Shown: positions 52,761 through 63,449 of the stretch, piece after piece | How positions within the stretch are numbered: the first letter of the stretch is position 1 | Layout of the letters: each line of letters opens with the position of its first letter | NCBI RefSeq assembly: GCF_020745735.1 | Contig: NC_083410.1 | Coordinates: 54,100,117-54,164,116, forward strand | DNA: 64,000 nt | From: Hemiscyllium ocellatum | Lineage: Eukaryota | Direction of reading: 5' to 3' | The notes under the pieces: model-generated | The model's database searches: none | What the model saw: the letters and a program-made list of their open reading frames with translations, nothing else | What the model was told of the DNA's origin: nothing | Translations under genes and position numbers: made by a program

Positions 52761-52772
52761 CTTTGGAATCTT
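52761..52772 (-). CDS. Candidate additional 12-nt NRXN1 microexon (E)DSK(G)
   Basis: Minus strand reads gttctaatgcattag|AAGATTCCAAAG|gtaaggct: strong donor, phase 1-1, no stop, 135 nt downstream of the GKIK exon. The pyrimidine tract is weak. Confidence 0.4.
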
Positions 52773-52907
52773 CTAATGCATTAGAACATCATAACCACAT
52801 ATTTAATGCTCAGGCAACAAACAAACACCATTTCTTTTACCAATGATTTAAATGGTTATTAAAATTTTACTTTTTAATTATTCCAAAGAAAGCAAAACAT
52901 TTAGTAC

Positions 52908-52919
52908 CTTTTATTTTAC
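52908..52919 (-). CDS. NRXN1: Neurexin-1-alpha 12-nt SS1 microexon (G)KIK(G), orthologous to mammalian GKSK
   Basis: Minus strand reads ccatcaattccatag|GTAAAATAAAAG|gtactaa, phase 1-1, 819 nt downstream of the 30-nt exon. It matches the position and size of the recalled GKSK microexon. Confidence 0.85.
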
Positions 52920-53738
52920 CTATGGAATTGATGGAATGGTTCCATGAAGTAAGCATTATTGAATAAAAAAAGAGAAACATTTTAAGTTTCATGATTATAT
53001 GCAAATGCAACTAATCATAGCAAGAAAATATATTTAATATGTAAACACACAGGTGTAGTATGAGCATATTATGTTGAAATGGAAGCATGAATCCCATGTT
53101 ATGAAGATAATTTTCTGTTGGGAGATCCATGTATTCAAAACACCTACAGAACCATGACTTAACTCACTCAACTTAAAAAAAAGAACATTGAAAGTAATTA
53201 GGAGTGAAATTATGTGGTTGAATTGCTTGCAAAATCATTCCTCCAGCATTCCAACAGCCTGGTGCATCGAACATACTTTCAATCAGCCATGCATCTCTGT
53301 TAATGGGTGAAGCACACCGCTGCACACATGTTGCAATATGGTGTGACAATTTATCACACTACAAGCTAAGAGCAGGCACTAGTCGTGACAATACCACCTG
53401 ATACAGAAGCAAGCATAATTCTGAACATTATGACTTCAAGCACTCCAAACTAATTATACAATCAAATAAATATTTTTACATTGCTTTAATTATTTTTAAC
53501 ACTGACATTTTTACATTAATTGTTCTCACTTTCTCCTAATTGGCACAAAGACAAAGACAAAGCAAAAAGCTTGACTCAAGTGCAAAAAGAAAAAAAAATA
53601 AAGAAAGACAGATTCTCTTGAAACAGCCAAAGTGGAAGTATAAACTTTTGTAGAATTATTTCTAGAGAGAGTATAAAGACAACTACTAATGGGGGGGAGA
53701 GAAGGAAGCACAGTGGAAAAAAGGAATGGAACCCATAC

Positions 53739-53768
53739 CTTGGTCGCCCATCATCAGGTGCGCCAGAC
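53739..53768 (-). CDS. NRXN1: Neurexin-1-alpha 30-nt cassette exon of splice site 1 (G)LAHLMMGDQ(G)
   Basis: Minus strand reads tttgctgactgtgctcttgtttcccttcaag|GTCTGGCGCACCTGATGATGGGCGACCAAG|gtatgg. It has a branch-point-like CTGAC, a pyrimidine tract, AG/GT ends and phase 1-1. The translation GLAHLMMGDQG matches the recalled NRXN1 SS1 insert (NRXN3 has GLSHLMMSEQ). Confidence 0.93.
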
Positions 53769-56700
53769 CTTGAAGGGAAACAAGAGCACAGTCAGCAAAG
53801 AACAAGGGCACGTGGGAAGAGGTATTGTCACAATGACAAAAATGTTTTGTGACAGACATCTGCATTGTATTAGATGTCTTTATTACAGGGAAATTAAAAA
53901 AAAGCATTTTTCAACCACAGGTTGCAATGCATTGGGACAAGATCAGAAGAATGAAGAAATGATTCTGATAGCATTGGACAATTCCAAGATTTTCCACATA
54001 CACATATCCACAGTAAAAGAGAACAAAGGCTTCTAAAGGAATTTTTGTAAAAGGACCATCCTTCTACCCTACAAATCATGCCAAAAACATTGCTTCATCA
54101 GCTGTTAGTCTGCTTTCAGAAACATATATTTTCAAGAACATTTTAATCATGATTTATACTAAAAAAATGAAATAGAAGCACTAAGTAGAGATGTTATAAA
54201 TACTGTTCATAGCAGTTGTTTCCAAATTGTTGTGCACCTTTCTGCTTGAACATTCTTAAATGCCTTAAGTGTTATTTTGGATAGTTTGACAACAATTGCA
54301 TCTTGAAACTGGGCCGTGAGAGTCATATTCAATTAAAGTAGTTTCTCCAAAGACATATGGTTTGCTAATTGATTTTTGAAGAAGTCACTTTGAAATGTTC
54401 TCATCGAGCCTCACATGTAAAGTAAATCCATATTAATATTGGTAAAATAAGGAGAATTTGTTTGTATTGTTTTATTACATTATTTAAATTACAGTTTTTA
54501 CATCAAAATGTAGATAAAAATCATGTACAGATCAGACGAGAAGATAGGTAGAAGTAGATCCGCTGAATGTACATACACCAACCAATGATTACTTAATTTG
54601 AAATCAATGGCAATGAAAATGGATAGTTACTTATTTGCAATTGCCAATTTTCCATCCAACAATTAATGTTGAAATTTACACACTAGATTTTAATTGAAAT
54701 ATTTGACATGCACATACAAAAGTCAAGTTTCATAATGAAATTGTTGAAAATTGAGTAAAATGGTTTCTGATTACATCTCTTACATTTTATTTTTAAATAG
54801 TTGTGGTTCAAAGTACAATTTATGTTAGATTTTGCAGTTGCCATTCCAGGAAGCCGACTGTTAGATGTACAGCTGAGCAAAATGTAAACACAGTGTTGAA
54901 AATCATTCCCTGTTGGATCAATCTGAAATTCATTAGCATGATGGAACCATCAAATGCAGCTAAGAAATACAACTGACTGAATACTGGTGACAAACTAAGA
55001 ATGTGTTTCGCTATCCTATATTGTTCTTCACAACTTAAAGGACATGTTCCTATGTTGAATTTGTCAGTTACAGAACCAATTTTATAGCTCCCAAATTAAT
55101 TCTCATCAGTTTGGAAGTGTATAAACCCTAAAACAGTCAGTTTCCCAAAAAATGCAGGAACAGATATAATTCAGTCTGTTGTCATGTCTATTACTGCTCA
55201 TGATTCTGGTACAGACTAGCAGGAATAATTAATCTAAGGGAATTTCATATTTTGTTTCTTCCAAATGTGTTTTTTCTATTCTAATGTTTCTTGAGAAAGT
55301 TACATATTAAAAGAAAAAAGGATTGTGATTAATCATTTTTAAAGATGTATTTTGGAGAACAATGTAGTGATATTAAGCAAGGCACATTTATTCAATCAAT
55401 GGATAAGGTAATTGGTGAATCAAACAAGGTCTCCACAAATGTCAATATATATTTGAACTGTTACAAAGTAAATAGTTTTGGTCTATTTTGGAATATTGTT
55501 TCATGAACTGGATTACTGTCTGTGTATTCAAATCATTAATAGGAGTGCACATCACTCAGATCTGTTTGCAGTTTACATATCAGGATGCGACTGAAAAGCA
55601 CTGCAATGAGACAAGTAAAAAGTCTTATTTATAAAGTATCACATTCCTAGAGTTGTGTAGTGTTTTTCATATGAATGCAAATGACATTCATTTTTACACT
55701 TTCTAAAATGTCACATTGTGGCTCAAACTTAATATTGTAATTTTTGTCCTCATCAATTAAGTAACTTCAAAATTAGACTATGTCAGTAATGGGATCGATT
55801 TTTAAAATGGAAAACAAAAGTTGTAACTACTTTTAATCAAGTGAAATGCATTTGTTCCTAAAGCGTATTTAAGTACTGTTATGAGGATTGTACAAAAGAT
55901 TTGCAATATTGTATTGCCAGAAAATACCAGATTAAATCAAAATTGCACATAACTGGTATTACTGCAATGAAGATACATGAACCAAATATAGCTTAACAGA
56001 TCATGAGGTCCTATATAAAAACATACTGAATTGTTAAACAAAAGATTTACGTCAATAAGGAATATATATTGGATATAACATTGACAATGTTGCAGGCTGC
56101 AAAGGAGCAGGAGGCTCAAATATGGTCATTCAGCTGAAAGTGCTGTCAAAGAGAAGTCACATGTCCCAGTTTCTGAGAGAGATGATTATTGCATTGTTGA
56201 AATGAGTGAGAAAGAATTGACCTGCTTGAATAGCAATAACCTGTTGCTCTTTCTCCGCAAAGTGCCTGAGCTGAAAACCCACCAAAGCCATTCATATTGT
56301 TCAAGGAGACTCTGTCAAAGATCTTCTTGGAACCTATCCACCATCTGAAGCATAGAAAATTCTGCCAGCTACAACTATTCCCGTCAGACACCACAGTGCC
56401 AGCAGCTTGTGTGGGCAAATAGCATCAAAAACAGAACACCATTTGGGACGATCCAAAACCTCCTTTTCTCTCATTAATTTAACTACTGATTGGTGAATTA
56501 TTTTAAATTAACACAATACTTTGTTTCTTTTCAGAACTAAGTGCTAGTTATCTTTTTAAAAGGGCATATAATTAAAAAATCCTTCCATGTTTTTTTGAAT
56601 ATGTTGGTGTTTGGTAATAAACCAATCGTTAGTTGTTGGCTAAAGAAATCTGGCTGACGTTTTCTTCATACTGACATTGGCACAGTTGGAGAACTGTATA

Positions 56701-57884
56701 ATGGTCATAACACCAACCTGTTAAGTTCAAATATTTGTTGTGCAGGATTGGGACTCAAAAAGAAAATGGTGATCCCTCTGAACATTGCCTTAACACATAT
56801 TTGGGGGGGTCAGCCACCATTAAAGCCCCACACAATAAAGATTGTGAAATAGCCAAAGTAATTTGAAGTGGTGGCAATAATTAATGAAAAAAGGAAAATG
56901 CCAATATAGATTTCTTGCATATTAGAGTAAAGAGCACTGTAACCAAAATGTCTAATTTTGAAGCAAGTGTGTTTTGTATCAGAGTGAGGTAACTTTAATA
57001 GTTCACTGATAAACTGCAAAGTGTTCACAGGTTGTTGAAGATGGAATTACGATCAGGGACTAAAAATTACACAACTAGGGGCTAACATTCTTGTTTGTGA
57101 ATTGGGAGAGTACTGGGGAAATGTGGAAATGAGACATGGTCACACTGGCAAAGATTTAGTTACAAAAGAAGAGGCTAGAACTAGAATTTCAAAGAGATAA
57201 AGAAGAAAGAGTAAGCGAAGAAAGGAGAATGTGGACAGGAAGGGGAAAAAGAATGTCAGGAAATAAAGTAGAATGATTGGAAAAGGTGAGAGAAAAAGTG
57301 TCCAAAAGTACATTTCAAAGGAAAGGAGGAGAGGCAGAAGAGACAAAGGGAGCGAGAAAGGGTATTCCAATTAAAAAGGCTAGAATAAAGAGGGGAGGAT
57401 TCCTTGAAATCAACGGACCAACGGCTGGGGAGCCATCTGCCTCCAATTTTGGGAGTAGCATTGAATTGTTTAAAATTGTACAAGCAATCATAAAGTTTGA
57501 GGAAATTGACAAAGTGGTATTCTTCAAACTGTTTGGAAAAATAGCCAAGAAAATGAAGTTAGCCATAGAAAACCGGACATTGCTCAACCCAATGCAGGCT
57601 GAGTGGCAAAGCCTGTGAAGATTACATCATGTTTTAAGGAGTCTTTTAGGATTTTATGGTAGCCTAAAAGATTCTCCTCTGTCTTATGGGTTATTCCCTG
57701 GGGTTTCCAAGAAGAAATTTTCAAACCTCTGGAAGCAATCTGAGCAGATCCACATCAAGATTAAAGGAATAGAACAGCTAGTTTTGGTAAATTGTATCAG
57801 CAGGGTGTATACATACTTTAGTATCAAGTGCAGATGAGTACAGTTTAATGTCTGACCTTGTTTGTGGTCAGGTTGGACTGAAAT

Positions 57885-58190
57885 TTATTTATTCATTGGA
57901 TATGTGCATCCCTGGCTGGGTCAATTCCCAATTAAGAACCAATCCAATTATTGGGGGTCTGCAGTCATATATAGGCCAGACCAGGTAAAGATGGCAGACC
58001 TTCGTCCCTAAAGAGCATTAGCAAGCCAGATGGGCTTTTAACAACAATCAACAGTGGTCATCATTAGGCTAGCGTTTCCTTTTATGGAATCCAACTTTCA
58101 ACACAATGGGATTTGAACCCATATCCTCAGAACATCAGGTTGGGGTCCTGGATTAGAGTCCAGTGACATTACCACTGCACCATCTCCCTT
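57885..58190 (-). mobile_element. SacSINE1-like SINE nested in the Gypsy element
   Basis: taggccagaccaggtaaagatggcag..ccagatggg..gggatttgaaccc..tccagtgacattaccact. Confidence 0.8.
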
Positions 58191-58914
58191 TCCTTCATGG
58201 GAAATGATTTGGTGGGGATGAAGGTAACGTCTATGCCACTAGTCTTAAAGAAACCAAGTGAAGTTGAGGATACAGCAGTTGCCGTGAAAGATTCTGGATA
58301 TATTCCCTTCCTATGTTGTGACCACGCCAATGGCTAAACATGCTCCATTGTCAGAAGCCAAATTAGAACCATAGATTCTGCCAATTGGCTGAATAAAAAT
58401 GTATAGCTGAATATGGTCAAGGCTCAGTAAGCTGACTTGAACAAACAGGTCCAAACCTGCTCAAAGCGGTTAAAGCAGAGGGAATTCCGAAATGATACTT
58501 TATGAATTACATTGTTCTGATGAGGAAGCCAAGCTCTCTTCACAGATTCGTAGATGAAGAATGAATGGTGGTTCGAATTGTGTCACTAAAGTACCGTCAA
58601 CAGGTATTGAGGATAACACATGAAATTTTTATATCTGGGTATGTAGGGATCTGGAAGACCTAAGCACCTGTAAACTAGCACATTTACTTGCTGAATCGCA
58701 GCAAGGACATCGTTGAGTTTTGGAACATGTGACACACATGTTAGATTTTGGGAAATCACCAACGTGCAGTAAAACAAGTGCCGCTAATTCCAATACAATT
58801 TTTTGGGAACCATTTAACAGTGTGTCAGTAGACTGTACGATATCACTGCTAAAAATCAATGAAGGCTTCCAATACATACGTCACTCATTATTATGAATAT
58901 GAGGAACGAATTCA

Positions 58915-59043
58915 CAAGGAATTAAGGGCTACAGGAAGAATGTGGGTACGTGGAGTTGAAATGCCTATCAGCCATGATTGAATGGTGGAATGGACACGAT
59001 GGGCCGAATGGCCTTATGTCCACTCCTATGTCTTATGGTCTTA
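58915..59043 (+). mobile_element. Short CR1 3' end nested in the Gypsy integrase
   Basis: tcagccatgattgaatgg..gggccgaatggcctta..cctatgtcttatggtcttat. Confidence 0.8.
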
Positions 59044-59548
59044 TAGTATTGGTTCCCAGAAGGTGGTTTTTCAGAACCATTTCTGCTGAGGTAGTGAGCA
59101 CAGATATTCTGTATCTAACATAAACTACCAACCAAGCTCTAGTGCATTGAGATACCAATCCTAAGTCCAAAATGTTGCAGAAAGTTAGAAGTATTCTGGA
59201 TATAAAACAAGTCTCATAGTCATAAAGAGCTTAGGAACTGTATTATCAGACTCAGAAGACAATGGCGAGGGCAAATTACAATGAGTATTCCCAAGACTGG
59301 GTCAAAGGGCTAGAAATTCATTTGTTTGTCACCAGGATTCACCTGATGAATTGACCTCATCAGCTTTGATCCCTTTGAACATGCTCATGAACATGAGAGA
59401 AAAATCTTCCAAAACAAAGAGATAATTTTGGGAGGAAAGAATAAATATTTTAGGTTAGATTACATATTTGTCTTCTGATAACTGAGCAGAGGAGCCAGTA
59501 GAGGAGCTCAGAAACACATGTAAACTTGACAAGTGGCATTGAGAAAAG

Positions 59549-60246
59549 TGTCATGAAGATGTGGGTGTATTGTACCTTTAAGAAAATTGAAAGCTAGCAG
59601 AACTACCTGGCAGCACCAAGTGCTCTCAACAAGATATAATGTAACCTTTTGGTGTAGCAGTTAGTGTAGCTGGTTGCCTGGAGACAAAAACAAATTTGAA
59701 TTTGGCCAAACAGTTTAAATAATACCCGAAAATACCAACTACCAATCAAGTTTGAATTTAGTATATTGACAATATTAAAACACAATGAAACAATCATATG
59801 CTTTGGGGTTAAAGACCGGAGAAAATTGAACAGTTGGAGGAGAACTGCGAAAAAAAAATGTCGGCTGCTAGTCAGAACTCTCTGAGATGTACCTGTCTAG
59901 AGAAGGAGCTTGCACAGAGAAAAACATCAACACTGACCTGGCGAGTGAATCTGCAATGAGAAGATTCAACAGGTGGCTGGTTTTGAAATTTGAATTTTTC
60001 AGTCAACCTTAATTGGGGGGTTTATCAGACCAGTATTATAGAAGGGAAAGTAAAATATAGGTTAGAGGAAGGAGTTGTAAATAGTTGTAAGATAATTATT
60101 CTCTGTCATATGTTAAGAAACAAAGTTGTTAATGTTTACTTCAAATAGTTCTTGGCCACTTGAATTTTCACAGACTACTGCACAGGATAAATCTTTCTGT
60201 ATTGCTGATATAAATAAAGCAGGAGGGTTTACCCTGTGTTATAACA
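59549..60246 (+). mobile_element. Solo LTR with 4-bp TSD nested in the Gypsy integrase
   Basis: TGTCATGA...TTATAACA, flanked by AAAG at 59545-59548 and 60247-60250. Confidence 0.85.
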
Positions 60247-63200
60247 AAAGGAGTAGTCAAGCAAGCCTAGGCCTCAAAATGTCAGTTAAGGGAATATGTG
60301 TTAGTGTTACAGAGTGAACTGCTGAAATCCCAATTCAATGGCCCATATAAAGTAGCTAAGAAAATTGGTAATGTGAATGTTTTGATTGAGACCTCAGATC
60401 AAAGGAAAAAGAGCCATCTATGTAACATTAACATGGTGAAACATGATTATCATTCAGAGCAGGATAAGCAAGCACAGGCTTGTCAGGCAGTGAGGACAAT
60501 GGAGGACTAAAAGGACAGTGATAATGATGCAGAGGGCAGCCTGGATAGTACCAAATTTTCAACATTATGTTGCCCTGTTACCCAACGCCAACAGCACGGG
60601 TATAATTTTTGTACCAGCTGAGTCAACATGAAGACTCCATTTTCTCAACTTCATCTTCACCAAGGTGCATTTTGAATGAAAGAACAGCCTATATTCTTCT
60701 GGGGCTTTTGTATGCTAGATTAGATACCATGCTTTCGTAATGCGATATAGACAGCAAGGGGATTTAATGATGCTTCTCACAACATTTAGGTGTCTATAGA
60801 GACAAACCAGGATCTATGGGCATAGAGTCCCACTCCATAAACAGAATCATAATCATCCAGGTCTGGGGAAACAGGTTCGGATGAAAGCAGAAATCAAATA
60901 CAAATTTCAAAATCACTTCAGTGAACCCAATCAAAGCAGCTGGATTTCACCAGTTGTGCTGGTGCCCAAGCCTATGCAAAGACAATGGAAGGGTTAACAC
61001 AGCAATCAGGGCACACTCTTACCCAATCCTTTGTCTGAAAGACTGAATTGACAAGATTGGAAGGACCACCTTTATTACTAAAATGGATTTGTGAAAGGGA
61101 TGCTGGCAGCTTCCTTTAACACCCTGAGCTAAAGAAAATGTTGATCTTTGTCACAAATAAGCTTGCAGAAGTAAAGGTCAGCTACCTAGGGCATACAGTG
61201 GTCAGGGAAATTTGCTGCTATGAACAGCAAAGATAAAACGTTTGATGGAGTTTCCTGCTCCCAAAACCAAATCTGTACCAAATCTCAGCCCCGTTGCTGC
61301 TCCATTGATTTACTTGTTACAGCAGAAAACAAAGGCACTGTGGTCAGGAGAGGATCAAGCACCTTTTGAGAGGCTGAAAACTATCTTAACAAACTATGCT
61401 GACTGCCCTAAATTCTGCCAGCCTATCAAGGTCATGACTGATGTCAGAAACTTGGGGGCTGGGGGTGGGGTGCCGTGTTGCTCCAGAATGATGAAACATA
61501 CTTAGATAGATCACTGGGTGATTTCTCTCCAAAGTTAAAATTGATAACAATACAGGATTTTTACTGCAGAGGAAGACAGCTTGTGACTATTACTGGCTCC
61601 AAAACAATTTTAAGAATATGTCTGCCAATAAAACTGGGAGAAGCTGGTATGAACCAATCATTATGCCTTTTTTTTTTGAAAACTTCAAAAACATAAACGC
61701 CAAATGATTTTAATGGGATTTGTCACAGCAACTCCATCACATAAAGGAGCCAAAATGTTAAAAGGCATGGATGTTGTGAGCATCCAAAATAACTGAGTGC
61801 TAAGACAGCAAGCAAGCAACACTGAGACACAGCCTGGTGTAATCATCCACAGTGGTTTTCCTGCAGCAATGTAATGAAAGGTCTCAGTGGGGCTTCATGG
61901 CCAGCATTACCATGTGGGAGTGTACTGTAAGCGGATCGGAAATGTGTCATGAGGGTGCAATAAGAGTGGAACAGACTGAATGCCAAGGTCCATGGATGTG
62001 TGGGGTGTGCACAGTTGATGATTGGCATAAAGCTCAGCAAAGTTGTTTCCAGATGTCCAAGATGGAAGACTGCAGGAGCAAGCAGTGGGCCAGACATGCC
62101 AGATACCTGCTCTGACCTCCATGTTGAAAATTTTGGGGGTCTGGTTTATTTCCAGTTGGTGGCAGATTAGGAGAGTGCATTTTAATGGAGCCAGATAGAG
62201 TAATGATGAGGGTAATAATGTGCAATAATCCCTGTTAATAGGCCTCTCACTGCTATTAGTGAAAATCTTACTTGATGTCTAGAACATTGCTGGAAAATAT
62301 ATCTTTTGATCTTAAATGGTAAAGTTTATGCTTTCCTCCCAAATTTTGCTACCACAGTCCATGTTGTTCAAAGCCTGGGAATGTTTTGCCCAAAGGCATT
62401 TTTGAATTGGATGAGGAAAAAATTAACCTGCCCAAAGAGCACCAGCTTATTATTCTTTCGCTCATTATTTTCAAATCATTTCATGAAAATGTCTGAGGCG
62501 AAAACCCACAGAAAGTCATCTTGATTACTCCAGGAGAGTTCCTGAAAAAAACTTTCTTGGTATCTACCCCACAGTCTAAAGCAAAGGGAATTCAGCAAAC
62601 TGCAACTGTTTCAGGAAGACACTCCTGTGCCAGCAGCTTGTGTGTACAAAATAGCATCAAAATCAGAATACCATCTGGGACAATCTGTGACCGATCCTTT
62701 TTTGCATAAATTCAAATATTATGTGATCAAAGTATTTTAAAGGTAACACTGCACAGTATCAATATTTTAGCAACCTTAATTAGCTTCAAACATTTCTGTG
62801 TATGTATCTGCATGACTGTTGGGAGTCCTTGATTAAGTCTATGCATTAGACACAATCAATGGTTCAAGCATAAAACCACATTCAAAATTGTGTAAACTTA
62901 TAACTACAGCATTGTCTACCAACTCAGAATAGTCTAATGTTAAATTATTGAAAAATGACTTTGAAAATATATACAGGAGAGTATTATTTGGTCAGTTTCT
63001 CAGTAAATTTGAACAACATGCATTCAAAAGTGTTAAGGCACTTTAGTTTTGTTGAAAAAAATTCGTAAGTTCAAAGGCTCATTAAGGCTTTGCAAATGAA
63101 TACAATTTATAAATGTTCCCAATGGTGATTAATTAACCTTGGGTCTGGCTCATTTTGTGGTCAGTCCAACTTCTGGTGCGGCTTTATATAAAATCAATAC

Positions 63201-63449
63201 AAACATTTAAACAAGGTCACGTGAACTGAAGTAAGCCCACACGTAAAAGTCTGAGGGTAGTTTTCTGTTCCCTTGAGCCAGTTTGGGCAAACATGAGAAA
63301 TATGAAAAATTATGGTGAAAGCTAAACTCACCTAATTTTTCTGCAGCTCACAATTTCCTCTCCATCCTCCAAGAAACAAAATGGCACTAATTCTGGATAT
63401 GCCTGGTTGTGGCAGCTAACGGCTTATTGCTGTGGGCCTTTGGCTGACT

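Larger units (their letters stand above)
56050..62760 (+). mobile_element. Decayed near-full-length Gmr1-like Gypsy element (gag-PR-INT-RT-RH)
   Basis: gag FKIVQAIIKFEEIDKVVFFKLFGKIAKKMK near 57470. INT PLIPI..EPFNSVSVDC near 58790 and FNGPYKV..LCNINMVK near 60335. RT SSWISPVVLVPKP and IDKIGRTTFITKMDL*KGCWQLPL at 60935-61120. RH KVMTDVRNLGAG. Related LTR-like segments at 56270-56480 and 62500-62715. Confidence 0.8.

Noticed and set aside
53689-54036. 115-aa plus-strand ORF
   Set aside because: It is antisense to the NRXN1 exon, has no recognisable homology and is likely a shadow ORF.
63332-63340. 9-nt minus-strand microexon candidate cag|AAAAATTAG|gtgagt
   Set aside because: The donor is perfect but the acceptor region is purine-rich, it abuts a probable transposon remnant, and it does not resemble the known SS1 exon.
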